Shown: one piece after another, positions 17,490-27,159 of the stretch
Layout of the letters: each line of letters begins with the position of its first letter
Position numbering within the stretch: the first letter of the stretch is position 1
NCBI GenBank assembly: GCA_965222905.1
Contig: OZ244976.1
Span: 7,056,020 to 7,120,019, forward strand
Direction of reading: 5' to 3'
DNA length: 64,000 bases
Origin: Vicinamibacterales bacterium
GTDB taxonomy: Bacteria; Acidobacteriota; Vicinamibacteria; Vicinamibacterales; UBA8438
Notes under the pieces: generated by a model
What the model was told of the DNA's origin: nothing
Seen by the model: the letters and a program-made list of their open reading frames with translations, nothing else
The model's database searches: none
Translations under genes and position numbers: made by a program

Positions 17490-18164
17490 ATGGACGGCGC
17501 GAGACGCGTGGCGTTCGCGGCGGGGGCGGTGGCCGTCGGATGTCTGGCCGGTCCGGCCCCGTCGGCGCAAGAGCAGCCACAGCCCGCCCCGGAGACGTAC
17601 CACTGGATCCTGCCGGTGGATGAGTCGACGGTCGAGGTGGCGACGCTCCATCCGAACGACTGCTACGTGGTCCAGGCGGCCGAGGGACTCGCGTACTTCG
17701 GGGAACCGACCCCCGTGCTGCAGAAGTTGCAGGACCAGTTGCTGCTCCCGGTCGCGCACCTCGTCGAAACGCGCGACGAGCACGCCGAGTGCACACTCGG
17801 AGCCTGCGTGCAGGTGACCCGCGTCGCGGCCACCATCGAGCGCGAGATGGCGTCTGTCAACCGGCGCCACCTGCGCCGCGTCGACCACCGTCCGGCGCCG
17901 ATCGACCAGTGGTACGGCGGGGCGTACACCGACGTCGGCTCCGACGACCGGGAGACCTTCAGGAGAGCGCCCGAGCAGCGCATGCTCTTCCAGCACCTGT
18001 CGACGGCGCGCCGAGGCAACTGCTACGAGGCGAAGGCGCCGCGCACGCTGACCATTCACGTACGCGATCAGGGGCGGCGCGCGCACCGCACCGGCGTCTA
18101 CCACGGATTCCTGTACATCGAGCACCATCATCCGGAGATCGCAGGCAGGGCGGCCGCGGACTGA
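17490..18164 (+). CDS. Secreted hypothetical protein
   Basis: Signal-peptide-like N-terminus (RRVAFAAGAVAVGCLAGPAPSAQE) and a strong GC3 bias throughout. No family recognised. Confidence 0.55.
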   Translation: MDGARRVAFAAGAVAVGCLAGPAPSAQEQPQPAPETYHWILPVDESTVEVATLHPNDCYVVQAAEGLAYFGEPTPVLQKLQDQLLLPVAHLVETRDEHAECTLGACVQVTRVAATIEREMASVNRRHLRRVDHRPAPIDQWYGGAYTDVGSDDRETFRRAPEQRMLFQHLSTARRGNCYEAKAPRTLTIHVRDQGRRAHRTGVYHGFLYIEHHHPEIAGRAAAD

Positions 18165-18249
18165 CGTCCGGCCGCACCGGCAGGCACCGCACGAAGACCG
18201 CCGGGAACGAACCGAAACGGACAGGAACGAAAGAAGAGGAACGCACGAC

Positions 18250-19326
18250 ATGTTCAAGACACGACGAAGCGCAGCGCGGGCAGTGGTTCTGACGGCGACA
18301 TTGATCACGACCGGCCTGCTGGCCGCGGCCCAGGAGACGGATCCGACCGACGGCGCGGCGGCCTGGCGGTTCGAGGAGATCGGCGACGGCGTCTTCTTCG
18401 CCACCGGCACCGGCGCGATGACGACGATGAGCAACGCGCTGGTCATCGTCAACGACGATCACGGGATGCTCGTCGACACCAGCGTTTCGCCGGCGGCGGC
18501 GCGGAAGCTGATCGCGGAGATCGCGTCGGAAGTGACCGACAAGCCGATCCGCTACGTGTTCAACACGCACTTCCATTTCGACCATTCCCACGGGAACCAG
18601 CTCTTCGGCGACGACGTGGAGATCATCGGCCACGACTACGTGCGGTCGCAGCACCTCGCGGATCCGCTCAACCAGCGGACCAACCGGTCGTTCTCGGCCG
18701 CTCTCCCGGTCCAGATCGAGCAGATCGAGGCGCAGTTCGCCGACGCGACGGACGCGACCGAACGGACCCGGCTGGAGACCGCCCTCCGCATCAGCGAGGC
18801 GCACTTCAACGCCATCCAGGAGACGGTCGTGAAGGCGCCCAACGTGACCTACAGCGACACGATGACCCTCGTCAAGGGCGGGCGCGAGGTGCAGCTCCAC
18901 TTCGTCGGCCGCGGCCACACCGGCGGCGACACGATGGTGTTCCTGCCGGAAGAGCGCATCGTCTTCACCGGCGACTTCTTCGTCGGGAGCCCCGGCGCCA
19001 ACGGGCTGCCGTACATGGGCGACGGGTTCGTCAACGAGTGGCCCGCGAGCCTCGACGGCCTGAAGGCGCTCGATTTCGACGTCATCGTGCCGGGGCACGG
19101 GGCGCCGTTCCGCGACCGCGGCCAGATCGACGACCTGCAGGCCTATCTGCGCGACCTGTGGGCACAGGCCTCGAAGCTGCGTGCCGAAGGAGTGTCGGCG
19201 GAAGAAGCGACGGCGCGCATCGACCTGAGCGCGCACGAGGACGCGTACGGCGTGCGTGCACGCAGCGTCGACCCGCGTGCGGTGGTGCGGATGTACGAGG
19301 TGCTGCAGATCCGGCACCCGATGTAG
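18250..19326 (+). CDS. MBL-fold metallo-hydrolase (secreted)
   Basis: Signal peptide plus the HFHFDHSHGN (HxHxDH) motif, later HTGGDT and PGHG. Confidence 0.8.
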   Translation: MFKTRRSAARAVVLTATLITTGLLAAAQETDPTDGAAAWRFEEIGDGVFFATGTGAMTTMSNALVIVNDDHGMLVDTSVSPAAARKLIAEIASEVTDKPIRYVFNTHFHFDHSHGNQLFGDDVEIIGHDYVRSQHLADPLNQRTNRSFSAALPVQIEQIEAQFADATDATERTRLETALRISEAHFNAIQETVVKAPNVTYSDTMTLVKGGREVQLHFVGRGHTGGDTMVFLPEERIVFTGDFFVGSPGANGLPYMGDGFVNEWPASLDGLKALDFDVIVPGHGAPFRDRGQIDDLQAYLRDLWAQASKLRAEGVSAEEATARIDLSAHEDAYGVRARSVDPRAVVRMYEVLQIRHPM

Positions 19327-19475
19327 GCGCAGGCGCGCGATACGCAGGGGCGCGCACCGCGGCGACGCGGGCGCGCCCCTTGCTCGCTCTGCCACCCTGG
19401 TCGTCATGCATGCGGCCCGCACGGATGGAGCGCCGGCAAGGGATGCGGAACCACAACGGATCGGGAGGACGTGAC

Positions 19476-21533
19476 ATGCGAAGTCAGCGGATGCGTATGA
19501 TTGTCGCGGCGGCGGGCGTGACGCTCGCCGCCGCCGTCAGCCCGGCCCCGGCGCAGGAAGGGTCGCTTGAGCGGGTCCTGTCGGCCCGCGACACCCTGCG
19601 CATCAACCAGGTCGGCTCTCCCGAGCTTTCGCCCGACGGCGAGTGGGTCGTCTACACGCTCCGGACACGTGACATGGACGCTGACGACCTGGCGGCGGTC
19701 ACCCACCTCTGGCGGGTGCGAGTCGACGGCACCGGGAACCGGCAGCTCACCCGCGGTCCGCAGAACGCGACCGCGCCGGCATGGTCGCCCGACGGCGGAA
19801 TCATCGCGTTCCTGGCCGCCCGCGGGGAGGAGGCGGACGCGAAGACGCAGGTGCACTTCCTGTACGCGGACGGGGGCGAGGCTTGGCAGGTCACCGAGCA
19901 CGGCGAGTCGGTACGGTCGTTCTCTTTCGCGCCCGACGGCTCCGCTCTGCTGTTCACGGCGCGCGACCCGCTCCCCGAAGCGGAAGAGGAGCGCCGCGAG
20001 AAAGAGGGCGACGCCGAGGTGGTCGACGGGCTGCACCGGATGACGCACCTGTGGCTGCACGATATCGAGAGCGCGGAGACGCGGCGGCTCACCGAGGGCG
20101 AGTTCACGGCGGCCAACTCCGACTGGGCGCCCGACTCCCGGCAGATCGCCTTCGAGACACGGCCAAATCCCACCGCCAACGACGGCTGGCGGAGCGACGT
20201 CTGGATCGTCGACGTGACGACCGGCGAGCGTCGTCTCCTCCACGAGAACGGCGGCAGCGACACGTCTCCGCGCTGGTCCCCCGACGGCCGGACCATCGCG
20301 TTCGCCTCGAACGCCACCCCGACGAGCAACACGCTGCACGACAAGCTGTACCTGATGGCTTCCGACGGGGGGACGCCGCGGGTGCTCCTGGAGGACGTCG
20401 ACCGGAACTTCTCGGTGCCCATCTGGTCGGCGAACGGGCGGTACGTCTTCTGGCCCACCGGCGAGGGCACCTCGACCGGCCTGTTCCGGGTCAGCGTCGA
20501 ATCAGGCACGGTCATCACCGCCTCGGCCCCGGGCGGACGCAACGGCGCCTGGTCGCTCTCCGAGGACGGGACCCGCTGGGTGTGGGTCCACACGAGCCCC
20601 GACCGGCCCGCCGAGATCCACACCGCAGCCACCGACGGCGAACCGGTCCGGTTGACCGACGCGAACGCCTGGCTCCGCGAGGAAGGCGTGCAACTCGGGA
20701 AGGTGGAGACCGTGCGCTGGACCAACAGCGACGGCGCTCCCGTGGAGGGGGTGCTGACGAAGCCGGTCGGCTACGAGGAGGGCGTCGCCTATCCTTTCAT
20801 CGTCAATCCGCACGGCGGCCCCACCGGCGCGTCGCTCGCCGCCTTCAACGCCGCCGCCCAGTTCTTCGCGGGCAACGGCTACGTCGTCCTGCAACCGAAC
20901 TTCCGGGGCAGTACCAACTACGGACAGGACTTCGTCAGCGCCAACGTCGACAACTGGGGGATCACCGACTACGACGACGTGATGACCGGCGTGGACCATG
21001 CGATCGCCATGGGCTGGGCCGATCCCGACCGGCTGATCTGCTACGGCTGGAGCTACGGCGGGTATCTGTCGGCCTGGATCGTCACCCGGACCGACCGCTT
21101 CAAGGCGGTCTCGCCGGGAGCCGGCCTCACCAATCTCTACAGCATGTACAGCACCAACGACATCCAGGACTACCTGGCGTCGTTCTTCGGCGGGACGCCG
21201 TGGACCGCCACCGACAACTACCGCGAGCACTCCCCCATGACCTACGTCGCCAACGTGAGCAGCCCGGTGCTGCTGATGCACGGGGGCAGCGACACGCGGG
21301 TGCCTCCGGAGCAGTCGGTCGAGTTCTACCGGGCGTTGCGGGACCTCGGCAAGGACGTCACCTTCGTCCGTTTCCCGCGCGAGGGGCACGGCATCGTCGA
21401 GCCGCTCCACCAGATGGACCGGCTGCGGCGCTACGCCGCGTTCTTCGGCGAGCACGTGGACAACCCGCCCATCAGCGAGAACCAGCCGCACGAGGCCGAG
21501 CCGGTCGACACCGAGGACAGCGAGGAGCAGTGA
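19476..21533 (+). CDS. S9-family serine peptidase (prolyl oligopeptidase/acylaminoacyl peptidase type) with an N-terminal beta-propeller
   Basis: GGGAGG RBS and ATG at 19476 within track ORF 19038..21533, with a signal peptide. TolB-like repeats (SPDGEWVVY, SPDGGIIAF, APDSRQIAF, SPDGRTIAF). Nucleophile elbow GWSYGGY and the C-terminal DTRVP...H catalytic region. Confidence 0.85.
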   Translation: MRSQRMRMIVAAAGVTLAAAVSPAPAQEGSLERVLSARDTLRINQVGSPELSPDGEWVVYTLRTRDMDADDLAAVTHLWRVRVDGTGNRQLTRGPQNATAPAWSPDGGIIAFLAARGEEADAKTQVHFLYADGGEAWQVTEHGESVRSFSFAPDGSALLFTARDPLPEAEEERREKEGDAEVVDGLHRMTHLWLHDIESAETRRLTEGEFTAANSDWAPDSRQIAFETRPNPTANDGWRSDVWIVDVTTGERRLLHENGGSDTSPRWSPDGRTIAFASNATPTSNTLHDKLYLMASDGGTPRVLLEDVDRNFSVPIWSANGRYVFWPTGEGTSTGLFRVSVESGTVITASAPGGRNGAWSLSEDGTRWVWVHTSPDRPAEIHTAATDGEPVRLTDANAWLREEGVQLGKVETVRWTNSDGAPVEGVLTKPVGYEEGVAYPFIVNPHGGPTGASLAAFNAAAQFFAGNGYVVLQPNFRGSTNYGQDFVSANVDNWGITDYDDVMTGVDHAIAMGWADPDRLICYGWSYGGYLSAWIVTRTDRFKAVSPGAGLTNLYSMYSTNDIQDYLASFFGGTPWTATDNYREHSPMTYVANVSSPVLLMHGGSDTRVPPEQSVEFYRALRDLGKDVTFVRFPREGHGIVEPLHQMDRLRRYAAFFGEHVDNPPISENQPHEAEPVDTEDSEEQ

Positions 21534-21535
21534 CC

Positions 21536-22585
21536 ATGGAGTCCATGAAGGCCGGGCGACCGTCCGGACACGCGCCGGAACGGCGCGCAGCACGAACGAG
21601 GGCAACGGCGACAAGAACTCGATTCCTCGGTGTGCTCGTCACCGCCGCGCTCGGGTGGCTCGCGGGCGGGGCGCTGCTGACCGACGGCGTGCAGGCCCAG
21701 ACCGACCAGCCGGGCATCTACCTCGACCTCGACGAGATCCGGGCCATCGCCAACCAGGTGCGCGCGGGGCGCAGCCTGCAGCCCACCTCCTGGCCGAACG
21801 GCGCCCGCGTCGCGGTGATGATCTCGTTCGACGTCGACAACGACACCATCCAGATCGGGCGCAACGCCGAGCCGTCCATCGGCGCGATGTCGCAGGGCGA
21901 GTACGGCGCACGGGTCGGCCTGCAGCGGGTGGTCGACCTGATGGACCGCCACGAGATCCCGGCGTCGTTCTTCATCCCGGCGGTCAGCCTGGTGCTGCGG
22001 CCCGAGATGGTCGACGTCATCCAGGCCTCCGGACGCCACGAGTTCGCGGTGCACGGCTGGATCCACGAGCTGAACACCGCCCTCGACGCCGAGACCGAGC
22101 GCGCCCTCGTCATCCGGGCCACGAACTACCTGGAGCAGGCGACCGGCAGCCGGCCGGTCGGCTACCGCGCCCCGTCCTGGAACTTCAGCCCCAACACGCT
22201 CGACATCATCCGCGGGCTCGGCTTCCTCTACGACAGCTCGCTGATGGCCGACGACCGCCCCTACGAGATCATGCAGAACGGCGAGCCGACCGGCCTCGTC
22301 GAGCTGCCGGTGGAGTGGATCCTCGACGACGCCCCGCTGATGAACCCACGCGGCAACAGCTACACACCGCCCCGCGAGCTGCTGCAGGTCTACATCGACG
22401 AGTTCGACAAGGCGTACGAGGAGGGGACGATGTTCCTCCTCACGACGCACCCGCACATCATCGGCCACCGCTCGCGCGTGGTGATACTCGAGGAGCTGAT
22501 CGACCACATCCAGGCGAAGGGCGACGTCTGGTTCGCCACCCACGAGCAGGTGGCGCGCTACGTGAAGGAGCAGGCCGGACTGTGA
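21536..22585 (+). CDS. Polysaccharide deacetylase family protein (secreted)
   Basis: ATG at 21536, immediately after the peptidase stop, with a signal/Tat-like leader. VMISFDVDND..., HEFAVHGWIHE, GYRAPSW, LLTTHPHIIGHRSR are typical of the NodB/PuuE-like deacetylase fold. Confidence 0.75.
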   Translation: MESMKAGRPSGHAPERRAARTRATATRTRFLGVLVTAALGWLAGGALLTDGVQAQTDQPGIYLDLDEIRAIANQVRAGRSLQPTSWPNGARVAVMISFDVDNDTIQIGRNAEPSIGAMSQGEYGARVGLQRVVDLMDRHEIPASFFIPAVSLVLRPEMVDVIQASGRHEFAVHGWIHELNTALDAETERALVIRATNYLEQATGSRPVGYRAPSWNFSPNTLDIIRGLGFLYDSSLMADDRPYEIMQNGEPTGLVELPVEWILDDAPLMNPRGNSYTPPRELLQVYIDEFDKAYEEGTMFLLTTHPHIIGHRSRVVILEELIDHIQAKGDVWFATHEQVARYVKEQAGL

Positions 22586-22662
22586 GCGTCGAGATCGACG
22601 CCGTGGTCTCCGGCCGGTTCCGGATGACGATGGGGTAGCGCCCGTCGGCGCGCGCTACCGGC

Positions 22663-23479
22663 TCATCGGCGCTCGGCCCCCGCGGTGCTCGGGTCGTCGA
22701 GATCGAGGGCCAGGATTTGGTGCCGGTCGCGCACGTACAACGTGCTGCCCACGAGGGTGGGCGGGGTCCAGGCGTTGGAGGTCAGCACCGCCGCGCGCGC
22801 GTGCACCTGCAGTCCGTTCAGGGTGACCGATGCCACGGCCAACTCCCCGTCCTCGTCGAGGATGACGAGGCGGCCGCCGGCGTCCAGCATCTGCGCCCGG
22901 GCGAAGGTGCGCTCCCGCCACACCTCCGCCCCGGTCTCGACGTCGAGCGCGGCCACGAATGCCGGGCCGAAGTCGCCCGTGCTGGCGAGCACGAGCCCGC
23001 CGAGGTGCAGGGCGCTGCCGAAGTGCACCCGCATGCGGTTGTTGAACCAGATCTCCTCGGAAGTACCCGTTGTGCACGAGCGGCGTGTGGTAGGCGTACT
23101 GCCAGCGCGTGGCGCCGGTGGCGGCGTCGAGCGCGATGATGACTTCGTCGTCCTTGCGGTACATCGTCACGAGCAGGTCGCCGTCGGCGAGGATCGACGA
23201 GTAACCTTCGCCGAGCGACCGGCTCCACAGGCGGGTCGGTCCGCCCGCGCCCCACGCGGTTGCAACCGCCGCGGAGTCCACGCGGAAGTTGCGGTGCGGG
23301 CCGCCCAGTTGGCGCCAGGCATCCGGCCGCGGCCGCGCGGCATATTCGGTTCCTTCTATCGACAGGGCCCCATCGCGTTCTCCCGCAGTCGAGGCACCCT
23401 GAGTCTGAGCGCGCGCAGTGGATGCAAGACTCAGGGGCAACAGGCAGAAGACGAACAGCACGACACTCCCTCTTGTCAT
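22663..23479 (-). pseudogene. PQQ-like (BamB-type) beta-propeller repeat protein, single frameshift near 23060
   Basis: The N-part lies in the frame of ORF 22655..23644, starting at MTRGSVVLFVFCLL (23479): ...LWSRSLGEGYSSILADGDLLVTMYRKDDEVIIALDAATGATRWQY. The C-part is ORF 22663..23034 (...ALDVETGAEVWRER...TLYVRD). The junction reads HNGYF / EEIWFNNRMRV, offset by one nucleotide. Confidence 0.6.
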
Positions 23480-23559
23480 CGCTCTCTCGGTCCCTGTGAT
23501 GGTGAGTACGCGGACGAGCCGCAACACGGTCACGGTCGTGCTACGGGGGCCAGACTGCG

Positions 23560-26021
23560 CTAGCGCTGCCCGTGCCCCGGATGTCCGGGGCTGGACTGTA
23601 GTGAGCAGGAGGTCATCCGAACTCGTCCCGCAGTTCGAAGCCAAAGGTCATGGCAACCAGTTGAGTGTAGCCGTGCCACATCAACTGTGCGCCGGGCGGG
23701 TCGCGTTGGCGTCCGAGCCACCCGCCGAGGCGCCCGACCAGGCCGACAGCGTCGCCGAGGCGCGTCGGCGGCGGCAGCTTGCGTGAGCGGGCGAAGGTGG
23801 CGAGCACGCGCAACTCGCCATCGGAGAACAGCAGGTCGCCCGGCAGGTCGGGCACTTCGCGCCCGAGTTGGACCATCAACTGGATGCGCCACGCGATGAC
23901 CATCTTGATGGCCATGGCGCGTTCGAGCCGCTCGGCCGTGTGGTGCTGCAACTCCTCGACCTTGCAGCCGGACTTGAGCACCCGGAAGTATTCTTCGATG
24001 CGCCAGCGCCGGACGTACCATTGCAGGATGCGCATGGCGTCGTCGGCGCTGCTCACGGGCAACGTGGTCAGCAGGAACCACTCCAGCGGCTCGACCGCGG
24101 GCGGTGGTTGTTCCTCGCGCACGTGGACGACCCACAGTGCGACCGGCTCGTCGCCGGGGCAGGGCAGCGGCACCTGCTGGTAGCGCAGCGTCACGTCGGC
24201 GACCCGCTCCGCCCGGCGGTCCTTGCGGGCCTGTTTGCTGGCCTTCACGCGCGCGCTCAGCCGCTGCACCTCGACCTTGGCGGCGCCTCGGGCCGGCGCG
24301 TTGCGCACCGTATCGAACAGACGGCGTGAGACCGTCTGCCCGTCGGGCGTCTTTTCCCTGCCGAGGACGCGGTCGGCCTTGGCGCGGACCAGCAGGTCGA
24401 CCTGCTGGGCAGCCGCGCGGTGCTCGACGAACAGGTCGAGGAAATCGGCCTCGCGGTCCATCACGCACACCACGCGGGTCTCGGACAATTGTTCGGCTGC
24501 CTGCGCGCAGTCGCGCAGCCCCTCGATCCAACGGAACGACTTGCGCTCCTCGCGCGGCTTCGGGGGCGGCTCGCCTTCCGCCTCGGGATTCGGGGGCGCA
24601 GGCGCGTCGAAGGCGGCCCGCAGCACGCCCAACGCCAGCCCGTCGGGATTGACGGCCAAGGTCGTGTGCAACTCCAGGCCGCGCGCCACCGCCCCGGTCT
24701 GGTTCGAGCCGATGGCCCCCAGCCCCTGCGTCTGCCCGCGCCGGGTGAAGTTCAACCGGGTGCCGTCCTGGATGCACAGCACCGTGTCGTGCGCCTGCAT
24801 CCGGCGCAGCGTCTGCTCGCGATGCGGCGCGAGGATGTTGTCGACCGTCACCGCACTGTCGGCGGGCTGGTCGATCAGCCGGTAATGGCCCTTGACCATC
24901 GCGCGGGCGCCGTGGGCGGCGCCGGTGATGGCGCGCATCGGAGACTCTGCCATTTGCTGCGCGCTCTGCACCAGCCGCGCGCTCAGACGCGCGTCGCCCA
25001 AACGCGCCCCGCCGAACTCGTGCTCCGCCCAGACCGCGGCGTCGAGACCGTCGCCAACCGCCAGCGGCGCCAAGACCGGTGCAGGCACTGCGAGGCGGGT
25101 GTGCCACGCCGGCTCCAACGCATACATATACACCGCCTTGCGCGTTTCCGGCGCCGCGTGCGTGCGATCCTGGCGACCGCGACCGCAGGTCTCACCCACC
25201 CGAACCCAGTTCGCCGCGCGCACGCTCGCCCCCGTCTGTTCGGTCTCGTCGACGAACGTCTCCAGCAGCCAGGGGCGATAGCCATACAGACCCTCGCAGT
25301 CGTCGCCGACCGTCCGGACGACCGGCCCAGCACGTGCGAGGCCAGGTTGCGACACATAATGCCGGGGCGCACCAGCAGCCGGCACAGTCCCAACACCCGG
25401 TGCAGGTGCGCGCGCCGGCCCGCATCGTCCCACCCGACCCAGGCGTCGCGGGACCGCAGCCGCCGCGCACTCGCCGCAAACCCGACCCCGCCCAGCCAGC
25501 CATGCGCCGAACCCACCAGATACCGCAGTTGCGGGCCGACGAACGGACCAGCCCCGCGCGGGTGCTCGTACGCCATCAGCGTGTTCCAGACCTGCCGCTG
25601 CTCGTCGGTTTCCACCAGCTCCAGGGTCAGACCCACAACCTTGCCGACCGTGTCCGGCACGTCCACCGCCGGCGCCAGCGGGTGCGGGAGCACCCGCGCC
25701 CGGCCCCCACCACCGCGGGCACCTCGACCCGCAGGCAGCGAGACGTGGCCGGCCGCCTGCAGGTCGGACAACGCCCGGCAGCAGCTCGCGCGTTGCCACC
25801 GGCCCCGTCCGTCGCGGAAATCGAACGCTTCACAGACGCGATCAGCGACTTGGCCGAGGCTGCCGACACCCTGCGAAACCGCCCCGTCCAGCACGTCGCG
25901 CAGGCGGGCGAGGTTGTCCCGTAGAATACGTGAGACCTGATTCTGAATCTCCATGCCGGCCACCGTAGCGAAGTGGCGGCAGGAAGTCCAGCAAAAAATT
26001 ATGGGCCACGGGCAGCGCTAG
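23560..26021 (-). mobile_element. IS-C: third, divergent DUF4338-like/Tn5-type element (2462 bp)
   Basis: Terminal IRs are CTAGCGCTGCCCGTGCCCC (23560..23578) and the reverse complement of 26003..26021, CTAGCGCTGCCCGTGGCCC (18/19 match). No matching target duplication. Confidence 0.85.
23613..25963 (-). pseudogene. DUF4338-like/Tn5-type fusion transposase with a 1-nt frameshift near 25320
   Basis: The N-part is ORF 24983..25963 (LRYLVGSAHGWLGGVGFAASARRLRSRDAWVGWD...CRNLASHVLG). It continues in ORF 23613..25799 (VVRTVGDDCEGLYGYRPWLLETFVD...ANWVRVGETCGRGRQDR...EFGGARLGDARLSARLV...IQDGTRLNF...VMDREAD...YVRRWRIEEYFRVLKSG). Confidence 0.8.
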
Positions 26022-26174
26022 CGAGCCCGGCGTCCGTAGGATCGTCGTATCCGACGATCTCTGTCGCGTCTTGAAACGCCACCCCTGCGACGTCTGGACG
26101 AGCGTGTCGTCATAGCGAGAATACGTGGCCACCGTGGGTGGGGTCGCGGTGATGTCGATCTGCACGACGTACAC
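26022..26174 (-). pseudogene. SnoaL/NTF2-like protein fragment, cut by IS-C
   Basis: VYVVQIDITATPPTVATYSRYDDTLVQTSQGWRFKTR resembles the C-terminal strands of NTF2-like proteins. The ORF is bounded upstream by a stop and downstream reads into the IS-C end. Confidence 0.3.
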
Positions 26175-26286
26175 GCTGCCGTTCGCTCCGTTCCCCGACG
26201 GCGTGATCCTCCAGGCTGATGGTCGATCTGCGGGGCGTGCCGGGCTACTATACCTGGTAGTCGGCGGCCCTTTTCACGGTGAGCCC

Positions 26287-27132
26287 ATGCGAAAAATCGA
26301 CATCTTCACGCACATCTTCCCCGAGAGCTATGTCGCCGCGTATGCGACAGGTCGCGCCCGACTGGAAGGACATCGGCAAGCGCGTCCGCAACATTCCGAT
26401 GCTCGTCGATCTGGACGTGCGCTTCCGGATCATGGACAGGCACGAGGGCTATCAGCAGATTCTGTCCATCGCCACGCCGCCCATCGAGGTCTACGCGCAG
26501 GGGGCCGAGGCCGCGGACCTGGCGCGCCGAGCCAACGACGGCATGGCCGAGCTCGTGGCGCGCTACCCGGATCGGTTTCCCGGCTTCATCGCGTCGCTGC
26601 CGTTCGACGCTGGGGAGGCGGCACTGGACGAGGCGCGCCGGGCCCTCGACGAGCTCGGTGCGCGCGGCATCCAGATGTTCTCGAACCTCAACGGGAGGCC
26701 GACGACCGATGACGAGTTCCTGCCGTTGTTCGAGCTGATGGCCGGCCACGACCTCCCGATCTGGCTGCACCCGATTCGCGACGCGAGCTTTCCGGACTAC
26801 AAGACGGAGGACAAGTCCCTCTTCGAGATCTGGTGGACGTTCGGGTGGCCCTACCGGCGCTGCTCCGCGAACTCCAGAAGCGGCCCTTCGAGTATTTCAA
26901 GATGTTCTACGCCGACACGGCGCTGTTCGGCGCCTACGACGGAACCGTGTGCGGGCTGAACTTCTTCGGCGTCGACCACGTTTTGTTTGCGTCCGATGCG
27001 CCGTTCGATCCGGAAAAGGGGTCCATGTACATCCGTGAGACCATCAACGTCATCGACCGGCTGCCGATTTCCGCCGATGAGCGCGAGCGGATCTACTCCG
27101 GCAACGCGATGCGGCTCCTGAAGCTGCAGTGA
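26287..27132 (+). pseudogene. Amidohydrolase-2 (ACMSD-like) family gene with a frameshift and an internal deletion
   Basis: MRKIDIFTHIFPESYV (ATG at 26287, frame of ORF 26125..26712), then the frame of ORF 26279..26959 (MLVDLDVRFRIMD...GIQMFSNLNG...PIWLHP...EIWWTFGWPY), then ORF 26833..27132 (RPFEYFKMFYADTA...VLFASDAPFD). The usual HxGG segment between WPY and the C-terminal part is missing. Confidence 0.6.
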
Positions 27133-27159
27133 CCCGCTCTCGCCCCGACCGTGGCACCG

